Source: Macrostomum lignano
Lineage: Eukaryota
Length of the DNA: 64,000 bases
NCBI GenBank assembly: GCA_002269645.1
Contig: NIVC01000578.1
Location: 1-64,000, forward strand
Direction: 5' to 3'
Part shown: piece by piece, positions 44,536 to 55,559 of the stretch
Numbering within the stretch: the first letter of the stretch is position 1
Layout: each line of letters begins with the position of its first letter
The notes under the pieces: model-generated
Databases searched by the model: none
Seen by the model: only the letters and a program-made list of their open reading frames with translations
What the model was told of the DNA's origin: nothing
Program-made: the position numbers and the translations under genes

Positions 44536-47500
44536 TCACTCGGCGTATTGGTTGTCGGCCAGACCTCGAAGCTTGTTAAGCCGAAGCCCCTTGACGGCGT
44601 AGGTCATCTGGATGCCCAGCCCTTTAATGGACTTGTAGCCAACCGGCTCGAACTCGAAGTACTCTTTCAGGTATTCAACTGTGTCCACTAAGCACTGGAT
44701 CATGTCGGGTGCGCCGTTCGAGTACATTCTAGACGAGGTGTTGACGGTGTTGCCCCAGCAGTCGAAGGCGGGCTTATCGCGACCGATGGTTCCTATGGTT
44801 TTTCCGATGTGACAGGTATGTGCAAAGTGTAAGTGAAAATGATTGACATCTTGAGTTTTCGACGATGTGAAATTAGAAATCACACTCAGAGGCCGCACTC
44901 AGTCAGGAATTTGTCCTTTTTGGGTTAAACCATAAGACGATAATGTAAAACCTCAAGCTGTAGTCAATCTGCATGTTTCTTACCTGCGATGAGGTCGCCC
45001 ACACAGAAGCCGATCTTGAAGCGGATACGAAACGGGTCGGACGGATCATAGGCCTCCTTGTCGGTGAGGCGAGCCCTCGTGTTGATCTGGTCTTCGATTT
45101 GCCTGAACGCTGGCACCTTTGAGTGGACCAGGTTAAGACAGTACAGCATTAGAGCGATGTGCGGAGCTTTCGGAGACTTCTGCTTGGTCACCGGGTTCAT
45201 GGATAGGCCTGAAACAGCGAGGTACGTGTCCCGGTAAGATTTAATCTTGTCGATGAACTGCATCCGGCCCAGCTCCTCGTCCATGGCGCACAGAATGCTG
45301 TTGAGAGCCACAATCTCCATGGCGGTCTGCCGGCCCACCTGTCGGCTGTCTGTGTTAGAGGCGGACTGGCTGGGATAATACTTGCGGAACCATTTAGCCA
45401 GCGTATCGTCGCCTGCCCAGAGGCAGATGAAGGCCACCGAAGCCGGCGAGATGTTCTCGTGGTGCAGCGCAAAGTCACCCTTGAGCGCTTTCTCCATGAT
45501 TAGCATGGATTTTTCGTCGGTGTTCGAAATGGCTATGAGCTTCGGCACAATGTTCAGCGGGTACAGGTCGAATATGACGCGGTTGATCTTCTGCTTGTCC
45601 TCGCTGGCCTTCACCATCTCCTTGTTGGACTGGTACGTGGCAAAAAACTCCGTGCGGATGGCTTTTTGGCTAAACAAAGGTTTCATTTTATTAGACACAA
45701 GGGGCTGTTTGCACACTGGAGCATTTAAAGCGACATTGTCCCGCAACCGGCGAGTGGATCGAAATACTGCCCATTCCGCCGACTTCTACAGAGCAGGCAC
45801 ACAAGCTCGCGGATACGGACGCATTCATACGCACAGGTACACACTCACACAGGGCTGTACAGCTGCGGCCCTAACTTCATTTATTGTTAGGCATGTACAC
45901 TTCACTGTGCCTTGGGGGTTGGCCCTCAAAGGGCGTTAATGGCAGACCCAAGCCAAGATTCCAATTTTCCCCAAATTAATGTGACTGCACTTGAAATCGA
46001 GCCTGGGTCGCTGGCACATCAGAGCGCTGAGCTGCACCACTAGGCTACGACACACCCAAATTAAGGTTTCAGTTTAGGTCATAAAAGGAGTTTAACTACG
46101 GTTGCCTACACCACAAGCATGGATGCGCTGTCTTAAAGAAGCTCATTTAAGTTTACCACAGTTCCCAGTTCCCAGTTTAAGCAACTTCTTAACCCCAAGT
46201 CATCAATGACAAACCGCAATTTCTGAATGGTAGGTAGATGGACGTCACTGAGCCCAATAGAAAGAAGGAACAAAAGTGATGTGGAGATTTTAGCAGAACA
46301 TCTCACCGGAATATTGTCAGCGGGATGCAGAACAGTAGAAAGGCCAGCGCAAACATCGAGTAGGTCAGATACTGCTCCGGCAGCATGTAGGCGTATTCCT
46401 TTCCGGTCCTCTTACGAAAGTTAAGCGAAATCGTGACGATAAAGTGCACGCTAAGCTTGAAAAACAGGTTAAGAATATTGGTAGTGAAGCTGGTGGTGTG
46501 CATGAGCACATTGCTGAGCATGGCCGTGTCCATCAGGCGAACAAAAACGTACACAAGAGTGTTGATCTCAGTTGCGTTGTAGAGCTGACTCTCGTAGTCA
46601 AAGTTATCTTTATTGACTGCCTCACTGTTGTCCACTGAGAAGAGAAAATATTAAGGAATATTAAAAAATACAAGGACAAAAAGTGCGAAAACACTACTGA
46701 GCCACCCGCGATTGTCACTCACCAATGGTGCCGAGCATTTTGAGATGACGGAGAGCGCACCGTCTGCCAATCAGCGAGAGTAGAAGAATCGGGTAGCTGA
46801 GCATGAGGAACTGGAAGCCCTGAAAGAACTTCTCATCGTAGAGCAGGTAGTACAGGCGCAGCAGGACGGACTCTCGAGTGTCCACCCGATTCAGACGGCA
46901 GTAGCGATGCGTGGCCCGCTGCTTGCGCTCGTTGTGCACGTTAAACTTGGCATCTATCAGCAGCAGCGCCACCACAAAGGCGTCCACGATGAAGGTACTG
47001 CCGATAAGCATCAGGATGTCGGAGTCAAAGTAGTCTAGGAAAGTGTAGAAGCAGGTGATGGTGAAGATGGCGTTGAAGACCAGGAGAACAGCGTGATCGT
47101 AAACTGGCGAGAAGATATAACTGAGCCGGGCCACTTCGAAACCCAGGTGGTTTGCAGGCAGAAAGTAGCGGATCCGGTACAAATACTCGAATGTTATCTC
47201 CCGGAAGTAGCCAAGATATCTGAGCAGTGTGTGGCATTGTTTTTACGTCTGCAATACATACGAGCTGATAGCAAGCACAGAAAATATAGAAGTTGAAGAA
47301 TTCATTTAAAGCTTACGTGAAATTTGGCTTCAGTAAATGTTTAAGCTCGTGCTTGTTGCTTTTAAGGCTCTCAATGAGGCCGGTCTCTTCCATGGCGTTC
47401 TTGCGGACCCGGCGTTCCGACTGGGCCTATAGGAAATTTTATTGGTTTACAGACTGCCTTTGCCTTGTTCAAAACAATTGTGTTGTTGACTACAAGTCAC

Positions 47501-50500
47501 TCCTACGGCAATTGAGTTTACCTTCCTAGCTCGATCTTCCTCGCTGTAGCCCTTGCGGCTGGCCACGCCTTCAACTCCGGTCAGCTCGAACGGCACTTTC
47601 TCTCTGTTAAACGCCTTCTTTGTCATCGGGCTGATGCTGCCGTCGCGGCGCTTCCACACAACGATGCAGCGCTGCATGCGGGAGCTGATCTGCGCCTGAA
47701 AAAAAGTTTTTTCACCCGTTTCGCTTTTTAAGGTTCTGGGTTGTCTAGGAAAGGCTTTAACAACGAGCTGACCTGTTTCAGCGCCTCTGGCGAGTAGGTT
47801 TCGATAAACTTCTCCTTCTCGCGGAGCGCGATGTCTCCAGCCGGATCGTCATCACCGGCGCCGGGTTCGGAGCCGCGCCGCGGAATGCGACGGGCACCAG
47901 ATCCGCCGCCCTTGGTGCCGCGCGACTCCGGGATCAGCTTCCTGCGGCGCCGCATCATGGTCATGCTCTTGGCCAGATCCTCTGGCGAGTAGTACTCGGG
48001 GTCCGAGCTGTCTTTGAAATCGTACGAACTCAACCTAGGCAATAGTAGGGTGGTTTTGTTACACATCTGTTCAAAACCAGCACAGTAATATAAGTATTGC
48101 ACTGTTAGTAGCGCAACTCAATTTCGCAGTTGTTGTTGGCGAGCAGGTGATGGCACTTGAACGAGATTCGCACGTGACCCTTCTCGCCGCCGCTCTCCAT
48201 CTCGTTTGCCATGAGCGAGTCGTCCGAGTAGATGTCGAATTTGTAGCGAGACGCTCCAAGGATGACGGCGTTGAGGCTGCCCCAGTGCACTCCGATCCGC
48301 ATATCCACGCGCTGCTCATCCGGCAGGCCCATGCTGTCATTGAAGGCCTTCAAAATATTGAAAGATTGCCAACTCGTTTTGGGCTGCTTAAAATAATCTG
48401 TGCTGTTGCAAAAACCGTTTTGGTTGTGTCGCACCTTACCTGAATTTTTTCGCACATCTCCAGACCCATGGCCACTGAGCAGAGCACGTAGTACACCTGA
48501 CAGCAGAGATGTTTTGTCAATGTTTTGTCAATTTGTCGATGAGTCGTGTTTATTCCAAGTGAAATTTTATCGCTGACGATTTACAAATTTACGATCATTA
48601 ATTCCGAATATACTTCGTTTACTTTGTCCTAAATTCTTGGCTCTAGCATTGGCGGGAGCGAGAACTCAACGCTAATGCACTAATGACCCACACCCAGAAC
48701 GTTCTGTTACAGCCAAAGTTTTGTGACACGGACAAAACCAGCTGAGAAAAATTGCTTCGAAGATATCGAAAAACTTTTCGAGGATGCAAAATTGGATGAC
48801 GAGACTTCAGCATCATAATTTAAGCTTCTGATCACGGTAGAGGCCCAGCTAGTCGTCTGTGACATTGACGAGAAACGCAGAAGAGCTTCACGAGCATAAA
48901 AAGGATTTCAGAGCAACTGAGGTTCAGTTCCAGATCACCAACCTGCCTGAGGTGCCTGTCTAGTCGTTCTAGCCAACTAGTCCAGAAACTTTGTTCTTGT
49001 CGACATTTTCATCCACTGTTTTACTTTGGGCTCCATTCCGGTGGTGATTCAGTTGGCATCCCTTTATCGTTTTTTGATGCTAAACAAGTTGGCATAGAAC
49101 GCTTTACACAGTATGACGAAACAAATACGCGGAAAGCTCACCTGGTTCCGCTGCGACTCTTTGCTCGCAAACGCCTGGACGGTGCTCAGCCGTTTCTTCT
49201 CCGTCATGGGCACGCCGGACACGCAATAGTAGCAATCGCCCAGGGTACCGATTTTCTCAATCTGCAACCGACTGGCCGAGATGTCAAAGGCGCCATAGAT
49301 TCGATTGAGAATGTGCACCACCTCGGAGGCGCTGCGGCCCGCTGACATCATGGTGAAGTTGACGATATCGGCGAAGAGCATCGAGGCAAAGATGTACTCC
49401 TCGTGGTACGGCACGATTAAACCTGTGTTGTTTTTGCGCAACAGGCTCTGGTTGAACTTGAACTTCTCGTATGGCTCCACAACGATCTTTGGCATCACTT
49501 TGCGGACCCATTCTTTGCTGAAATAAGAACACCAATGTGGAGATATGTTAAGCCTGTAAATATAAGTGACAAAGGCTTCTAATAATTACCGAATAGAGCC
49601 TTCCTCTTCGTTCTTCTTGATGAGTGCAAAGTTCTCCACAAGGGTTCCAAAAGTGTTGTTGGTTCTGACGATGCTCACAATGCAGGCGTATAGTCCCACC
49701 ATGTTGCACAGCAGCAGCTCTACCAGGTCCACGATCAGGCTGCTACTGTAGTGGAAAGCCTTCTGCGCATCCAGCGCACGGTGGAATGCGGTGGAGTAGT
49801 ACAGGAACAAGATGCTCGCTACTATTGAGAAGAGCAGCGCCATGCGGAATCGCAGGATTCGTGACAGGTAGATGGTTAGGATCAGCGACGACTTCATGAT
49901 GCCCAAGTTCAGAAAGTTTAGCGACAAAACTGTGCAAGAAAAGCGTGTGTTGCGAAAGCTTACAATATTGGTCACTCTCGTGTCAAAGCACGATGCATTA
50001 CCGCGCGCTTATTCGGTAACAAAAAGTCAACCAGTCTACTCAATTACTCTGAGGAGGGGGATTTTTCATTAGCATTAGTATCGTGTTCCCTCATTGGAAA
50101 CTATGACTAGAATCAAACCTATTAACATTATCAAGCCTATCAAGCCTAGAATCAACATTATTATATTGCTCAATTTTTCCATTGCAATACATTCAGGCGT
50201 TGCTTCATGAGGTAAATTAAAAATCAGATGGGACCTAATTCGGCACTCACGGATGACAATGAGCGCGTACAGGCTGATAAGCACGAACGCCATGCTTCCA
50301 TGCACGGCGGCCTTTGGCAAGCAGTCCGGTAGCGACATGACATTCATGATTGACGCGGACGCAATGAACATCATGATGAAAGGCGCCGTGTTCATAGTCT
50401 GGCCGGAGGCCTCATCAAACGTGGAAATGGAGACCAGCTGGAAGATTCCGAATGCAATGATGTAGTAATAGGCCAGGTCAATGTACGCGGTGGTCAGGAC

Positions 50501-50755
50501 CTTGTCAAACTTGGTCAACTCCTGGCCAAGCGATTGGTAGACGAACTTGAACTCAAACAGGGAGTTGCTATCCTGCAGCTTGAACATGCGCCGCCAGGGC
50601 ATGCACACCCGCTGCACAACCTCCACGCAGTCGGCTTCATCGCCATCTTCTTTCTGCTTTGAGAAGCGCCGAGTGATCTGCTCGAGCAGGCGTTGCTCCT
50701 CAGGCGACGCCGACGGCGCGAAACTTTTTTGCGATTGACCGCCAACCATCGGCAA
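44536..50755 (-). CDS. Transmembrane (12-TM) class III adenylyl cyclase. Exons 50755-50251, 49929-49590, 49517-49142, 48496-48440, 48347-48118, 48034-47773, 47695-47522, 47426-47317, 47219-46723, 46634-46307, 45669-44984, 44792-44536; ~1273 aa
   Basis: C1a: ASMLFADIVNFT...TLGDCYYCVSGVP...MRIGVHWG...KFDIYSDD..MANEMESGG. C2a: DKIKSY...[39 protein letters not shown]...KGLG. Two blocks of six hydrophobic helices. All introns GT-AG with consistent phases. The 48118 donor is weak, and the 3' end might splice further at GA|GTGAGC. Confidence 0.88.
45686..46062 (-). mobile_element. tRNA-derived SINE, copy A (in adenylyl cyclase intron 10)
   Basis: Head with A-box-like TAGCCTAGTGGT and B-box-like GGCTCGATTTC; body aligns with 53936-54299; A-rich tail; 9-bp TSD AAGGTTTCA at 45677-45685 and 46063-46071. 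Confidence 0.8.
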
Positions 50756-51801
50756 CGTTTGGTACTCGGTTTGGTCTCGCCTGGCTTTTGAGTCTCTAGA
50801 AATGTATTACTATGTAGATTATCAAAAAGCTACTCAAACTCTCGTCTCTGTAAATACAAAGCTAAAGCTGCCATTTTTTTCATTGTCAAACCAATCATCA
50901 ACTGTCTATGGTGAGTTCAGCTCAACTGACGCTTGAAAGGAGTGCGTGGCGAACTTTATCGAACTTTATCGAATAAATTAAATGCGTGCATCTCGCCGAG
51001 AGCAGTGAATTAAGGTTAAATCTGAAACCCTTAAAAACATTCAGAAACAGGCACGGCATGCGTTAAATTGAAAGTGGCACATAGAGAGTAACAGTGATAC
51101 AAAAGATAAAGAGAATCTTGAAGGGGCTACTTGTCGAATGTCAAATGACATTTATAGAAAATGGTTTTCAATTTCATTTCAGAGCAGCATCTTCGCTCCC
51201 ACCACAGCCTCGCTGCAGTCGCATGCAGGTTGCCAAACGACGCAGAAAAGTTGAAGGTCTTGAGACCAAATACCTGATACACTTCATGGTCAAGCTGAGC
51301 TATTGTTACAATCTCAAATTTGCAACTCTCCATTAAGCAAATTTTGAACCGCTTATAAATGACAGATAGCCAGTAGTATTATACCATACAAAATTGCCAG
51401 CAAAACATTTGTCAGAAACAACTAATATTAACTCTTATTAAGGATAAATTTAACATTTTTCACTCCATTTTCGCTCGTCTTCACTACGCTCAACTCGCTC
51501 CGTTCATCCTCGCTTCATTTCGGTCAAAATGTGAAATTTATCCTTAATAAGAGTTAATATTATTTTTTTCCGACAAATGGTTTGATGGCAATTTTGTATG
51601 GTACCTAACACTTCCAACACTTCCAAACACTTCCAAAACTTCCAACTCTTCCAACTCTTCCATCTCTTACAACACTTCCAACACTTCCAAACACTTCTAT
51701 CTCTTCCAACACTTCCAACTCATCTAACACTTCTATTACACACTAACCCGACCGCGCCCCGCAGGGGCTTGGGGCACAAAAGATTTTTTCTGTTACTAAA
51801 A

Positions 51802-51972
51802 ATGAACCGAGTTTACAACTTTTCAGTAAGTGATACTTTTGAAACTGTTGCTAAAAATGCAGAGATAATAAAACAGCATATATTAAATGGAGTAATCGAT
51901 GAAGTTTATTTAAAATGCGACAACGGGCACGAACAAAAACTTTATCCTCTAGAGTTAGATGGAGTTATATGA
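51802..51972 (+). CDS. Short Polinton left-end ORF (56 aa), unknown function, probably truncated
   Basis: ATG lies at the inner end of the left TIR; MNRVYNFSVSD...YLKCDNGHEQKLYPLELDGVI*. Confidence 0.35.
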   Translation: MNRVYNFSVSDTFETVAKNAEIIKQHILNGVIDEVYLKCDNGHEQKLYPLELDGVI

Positions 51973-52859
51973 TTTAGAACAAGAGCCACCTCGATCCCTG
52001 CATCCGGCTCAGCGCTTCTGACTGGAGCCGCATCAAAGTGACCATGACTGATTCCTGGTCACTGCGGTTATGCAATAGGTGAGCAGTATACTCCGGGTAA
52101 GGGGCTCTCGCCTGCCAGAGTTTTCTTGCAACGCCCCACCCGACGCTGCGACGTCGATGAGGCTCACCTCGGCAACGCCTTGTCCCAGCAGCACAGGCGG
52201 ACACGTCGGACGAACCATTGGTCCACTTTTCTGCGCTGCAGGCCCCACCACGCTAACGACGGATCACCACAATGGCATACGTACCAGCAGCATCATCATC
52301 AGCACAACCATCCACTGCTGCCGCTGCCCTCGGCCTCAAGGATGCTGGTGCCTATGACCTCAACTGGCCCACAACGCCACCGGCCCGCAGCTCGATCTAT
52401 CAGCAGCATAGTGCTCACACTTTTGGACAGTCCTTGAACACCCGCCATCGAGCCAGCCAAATACTCTACATGCTTTCGATTTCTGTGCTACTAACACTTT
52501 CACATTACCAATTTAGACGCCCCAACCTGGACTTCAACTGCCGGTGACCCCAGTCGTTTTCATTGCGTTAGTGGCAAAGTAATCGCAGCCGACCCAGCCG
52601 TTTGCCACAGCAGCTGAGCTCCGACGAGCATAATACAAGAGCAACATTGTCTGGCTCTGGGGGGAGTTGTGTAGCGGACACATGTACTTTTGACAGAGTC
52701 AGCCACTGCTGCTCAAACTGTTTATGGCCCAAATAAACTCGAGCCGTAAAAGGCCCAGCCGCAGAACTTTATTAAAAGACAAGCGGTCTTCATCTCGCCG
52801 CACGCGAGCCGCTTCAATATCCATGAAACCACCATCAATTCAACTAACAAAAAATTAAT

Positions 52860-53180
52860 TTATGATCAAATTCCAAAACATGACAAATCCCCTATATTAT
52901 TTGATGATTGCATTAACGATGGCGATCAAGAATTGCAAAAAGAAATTTTTATTAGCGGTAGAGGAGATGGAATTGGAGCACTTTATCATACTCAATCATT
53001 TAGGGAATTACGAGCGTAGATTCAATTATAAAAAAGAATGCAAGTTGTTGTGTAATGTTTGATTTAGTTGGTTATGATTTACAAAATATACATAGAAGAT
53101 TTAATCCTGGAAGGGAATCAAAACTATTTAAAAGTATGTGTAAAAAATTGGGATGATAGTCAATGCAAACATATATATCA
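52860..53180 (+). pseudogene. Polinton packaging ATPase (A32/FtsK-HerA family), C-terminal remnant
   Basis: Reading across stops and frameshifts: ...SPILFDDCI (Walker B)...EIFISGRGDGIGALYHTQSFREL...KKNASCCVMFDL, matching the Polinton ATPase pattern hhhDD...F..GRH....Y..Q....IR.NA. No Walker A found. Confidence 0.7.
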
Positions 53181-53270
53181 GTCCAAGATTGTAACGGAAC
53201 AATAGAATTTTAACAGATATATTACATGAGAATGAGGAAGAGGAAACGGAATAAAATTCACTCTATAAAA

Positions 53271-54435
53271 ATGGTTAAAAACTTAGATGCTATAAAACAA
53301 TTGGTTGATAGAACAAGTTCAAGATTTGGCACAACGTTACAGTTTATAATGACAAAAACCGAACAACGGATTCAATTGCGCGATCCTTTACAACTCGATC
53401 AAAGTTTAAGTTATCAAGTTGGATTAATTTTATTTTCGGTTTTCAATATGCCACAATTAATTAATGCATCAAATAATCAATTTAGATATTCTAAAGATTC
53501 TGGAGCAAATTGGACAACATTTAGTGTTAATCCGGGAGCATATAGTTATACGGATTTGAACGCATATATCGGGGGAGAATTAACAGCTAATGGTGATTGG
53601 GTAGCAGGCACAATTGTTATAGGAGTTGATTTACCATCCGGCAGATTCACACTATCATTAGGATCTGGATATCAAGTTGATTTTAAAATTGCAAATTCAC
53701 TTAGAACCATATTAGAATTTAATTCCAGAATTGTTACCACATCAAGCACGGGCGATACCGTAGGAAACATTGAAGGCGGAGTTAATACAATTAATATAAC
53801 AACTGATATCTCAAACGGTGGCTATATAACAGACGATAACGGATTTTTGGTTCAGCGTGGAATTATATATTCAATTCCATTTCTGGCTGTTCCAATTGGA
53901 GAGAAAATGATTGTTGCACCCAAACCCCAATATATAGGAGGCCGTAGCCCAGCGGTACCGCAGCTGCTCTGGTGTGCCAGCGACCCAGGCTCGATTCCCA
54001 GTGCAGTCACATTAATTTGGGGCTGAATTGGAATCTCGGCTTGGCTTTGCTCGTGCAATTAATGGCCTTGAGAGCCAACCCCCCAAGGCGCAGTGAAGTG
54101 TACATGCCTAACGATAAAATAAAGTTAGGGCCACTGTACACTCCTGTGTGAGTGTGTGCCTGCGTACGTATCCGCGCGCTTGTATGCCTGCTCAGGGGAG
54201 TCGGGCGGAATGGGCAGTAATGCCTCTCACCGGTTGGGCCTATGTCGTTTAAAGTGCGCCAGCCAGGGCGCGCACAACCCCCTGCCTTTAAAATAAAATA
54301 AACCCCAATATATTATCCTTTAAATCAATATAATATTCAATCTATTTATATCAGAATTTTTTAGATGAAACCAAAAGATTAATAAATTTTGGTGGACAAT
54401 CAATAACAGTAATTTTACGAATAAAGCAAGTTTAA
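53271..54435 (+). pseudogene. Polinton/adintovirus minor capsid protein (penton), interrupted by a SINE
   Basis: LRDPLQLD...YQVGL...SVFNMPQLINASNNQFRYS...W...NPGAYS...VDF...SLRTILEF...INITTDISNGGY...IIYSIPF.AVPIGEKMIVAPKPQY. After the SINE and a 2-nt shift: YYPLNQ...FLDETKRLINFGGQSITVILRIKQV*, the typical penton C-terminus. Confidence 0.8.
53936..54299 (+). mobile_element. tRNA-derived SINE, copy B (inserted in the penton gene)
   Basis: A-box-like TAGCCCAGCGGT, B-box-like GGCTCGATTCC, tail TTTAAAATAAAAT; 14-bp TSD AAACCCCAATATAT at 53922-53935 and 54300-54313. Confidence 0.85.
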
Positions 54436-54654
54436 TTAGATTAAAAATGGGTTATAGAATTACTTTAAAAGAACAATCGAAAAAAGTCAAAATAGCAAAA
54501 AACAGTTATGAAATTGAATTAACAAAATTGAAACAGCTTCAAGCAGAAAAAACAAGAAAGGAGCTATTAAAACAACCGACTAATAAACTAACAAAAACAA
54601 AAAGTTTTGCAATAACTTGAATGACTTTGAGTTGGAATGCTTTTAAACAAAGAT

Positions 54655-55109
54655 ATGGAGATGACACAAACAAATAATATAGAACTAACAAATTGGGCGC
54701 GGCAATTAAAAATAAAACCATTCCGATGTGTTATGCGTGATGAAATAAAAAATTTACTACAATATGGATCATTCATTGTTAATATTGAAACAACCAAAGA
54801 AAATGGTGTACATTGGTCAGCAGTTTATTCAAAACCAAAACTTGTTTACTTTTTTTATTCTTATGCATTACCTCCATTGCAGGAAAAAAAGATAAATTTA
54901 ATTATACCAAAAATCGATTATGTGGAGATTATCATGAACAATTTCAAACCTTTGATAAAAAATATTGTGGACAAGCAGCTTTGTATTTTTGTATCGAATT
55001 AACAACTCGGCCAATGGCCGCGACTCATTTTAATTTAATAAAAATAGACATTAAAAATGATATTTTCTGGAACCCCCTCATGGAACGGGACAACACGCAC
55101 AGGTGGTAA
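54655..55109 (+). pseudogene. Adenain-type cysteine (maturation) protease, frameshifted
   Basis: TNNIELTNWARQLKIKPFRCVMRDEI...FIVNIETTKENGVHWSAVY...YFFYSYALPP, then in another frame QFQTFDKKYCGQAALYF. Catalytic His (GVHW) and Cys (YCG) are present; the usual FDS Asp reads FYS. Confidence 0.8.
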
Positions 55110-55540
55110 TGGTGATTCAGGTGGAATTAGTGTTACATTTGGAGACAATAGGTATATTAATGAAGATGAAGGATATAAAGAAAACTGAAATAGATACTAA
55201 ATTAAATTTAAAACGGAATATTTCAAATTCATTTAATCAAACTGAAATAGATAATTCAATAAATTTAAAACGGAATATATTAGATTCATATAGTCAAGCT
55301 GAAGTTAATTCTGTAGTTAATGCAAAAAGAGATATAAGCGATTGCTATTCTCGAACCGATTCTGATTCGCGTTATGTTCAAACCACAGCAACTGGACCCT
55401 TGGATATGAGTAACAATCAAATTATAAATGTTGCAATTACAACGAATAACTCCGTAGTTGATAAGAACTATGTTGATAATGAAATTGGTAGTCGTAGTTG
55501 CAATATAAATATGAATAACTCTTCAATTGTTGTTGGATAA
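55057..55540 (+). pseudogene. Fibre/tail-like repeat protein remnant of the Polinton
   Basis: MIFSGTP...SVTFGDNRYINEDEG (frameshift) KTEIDTKLNLKR-type ~22-aa repeats and LDMSNNQIINVA...VVDKNYVD, a motif common in fibre-like proteins. Confidence 0.5.
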
Positions 55541-55559
55541 ATTATTTCTTGAATTTCAT

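Noticed and set aside
48620-48960. Coding-like stretch in cyclase intron 3 (FEDIEKLFEDAKLDDE...)
   Set aside because: Interrupted by stops, with no termini or diagnostic motif; possibly a decayed retroelement, but unsupported.
53226-53270. Basic MRMRKRKRNK leader on the penton ORF as an NLS
   Set aside because: Probably upstream sequence in frame by chance; ATG 53271 fits better, and the gene is a pseudogene.
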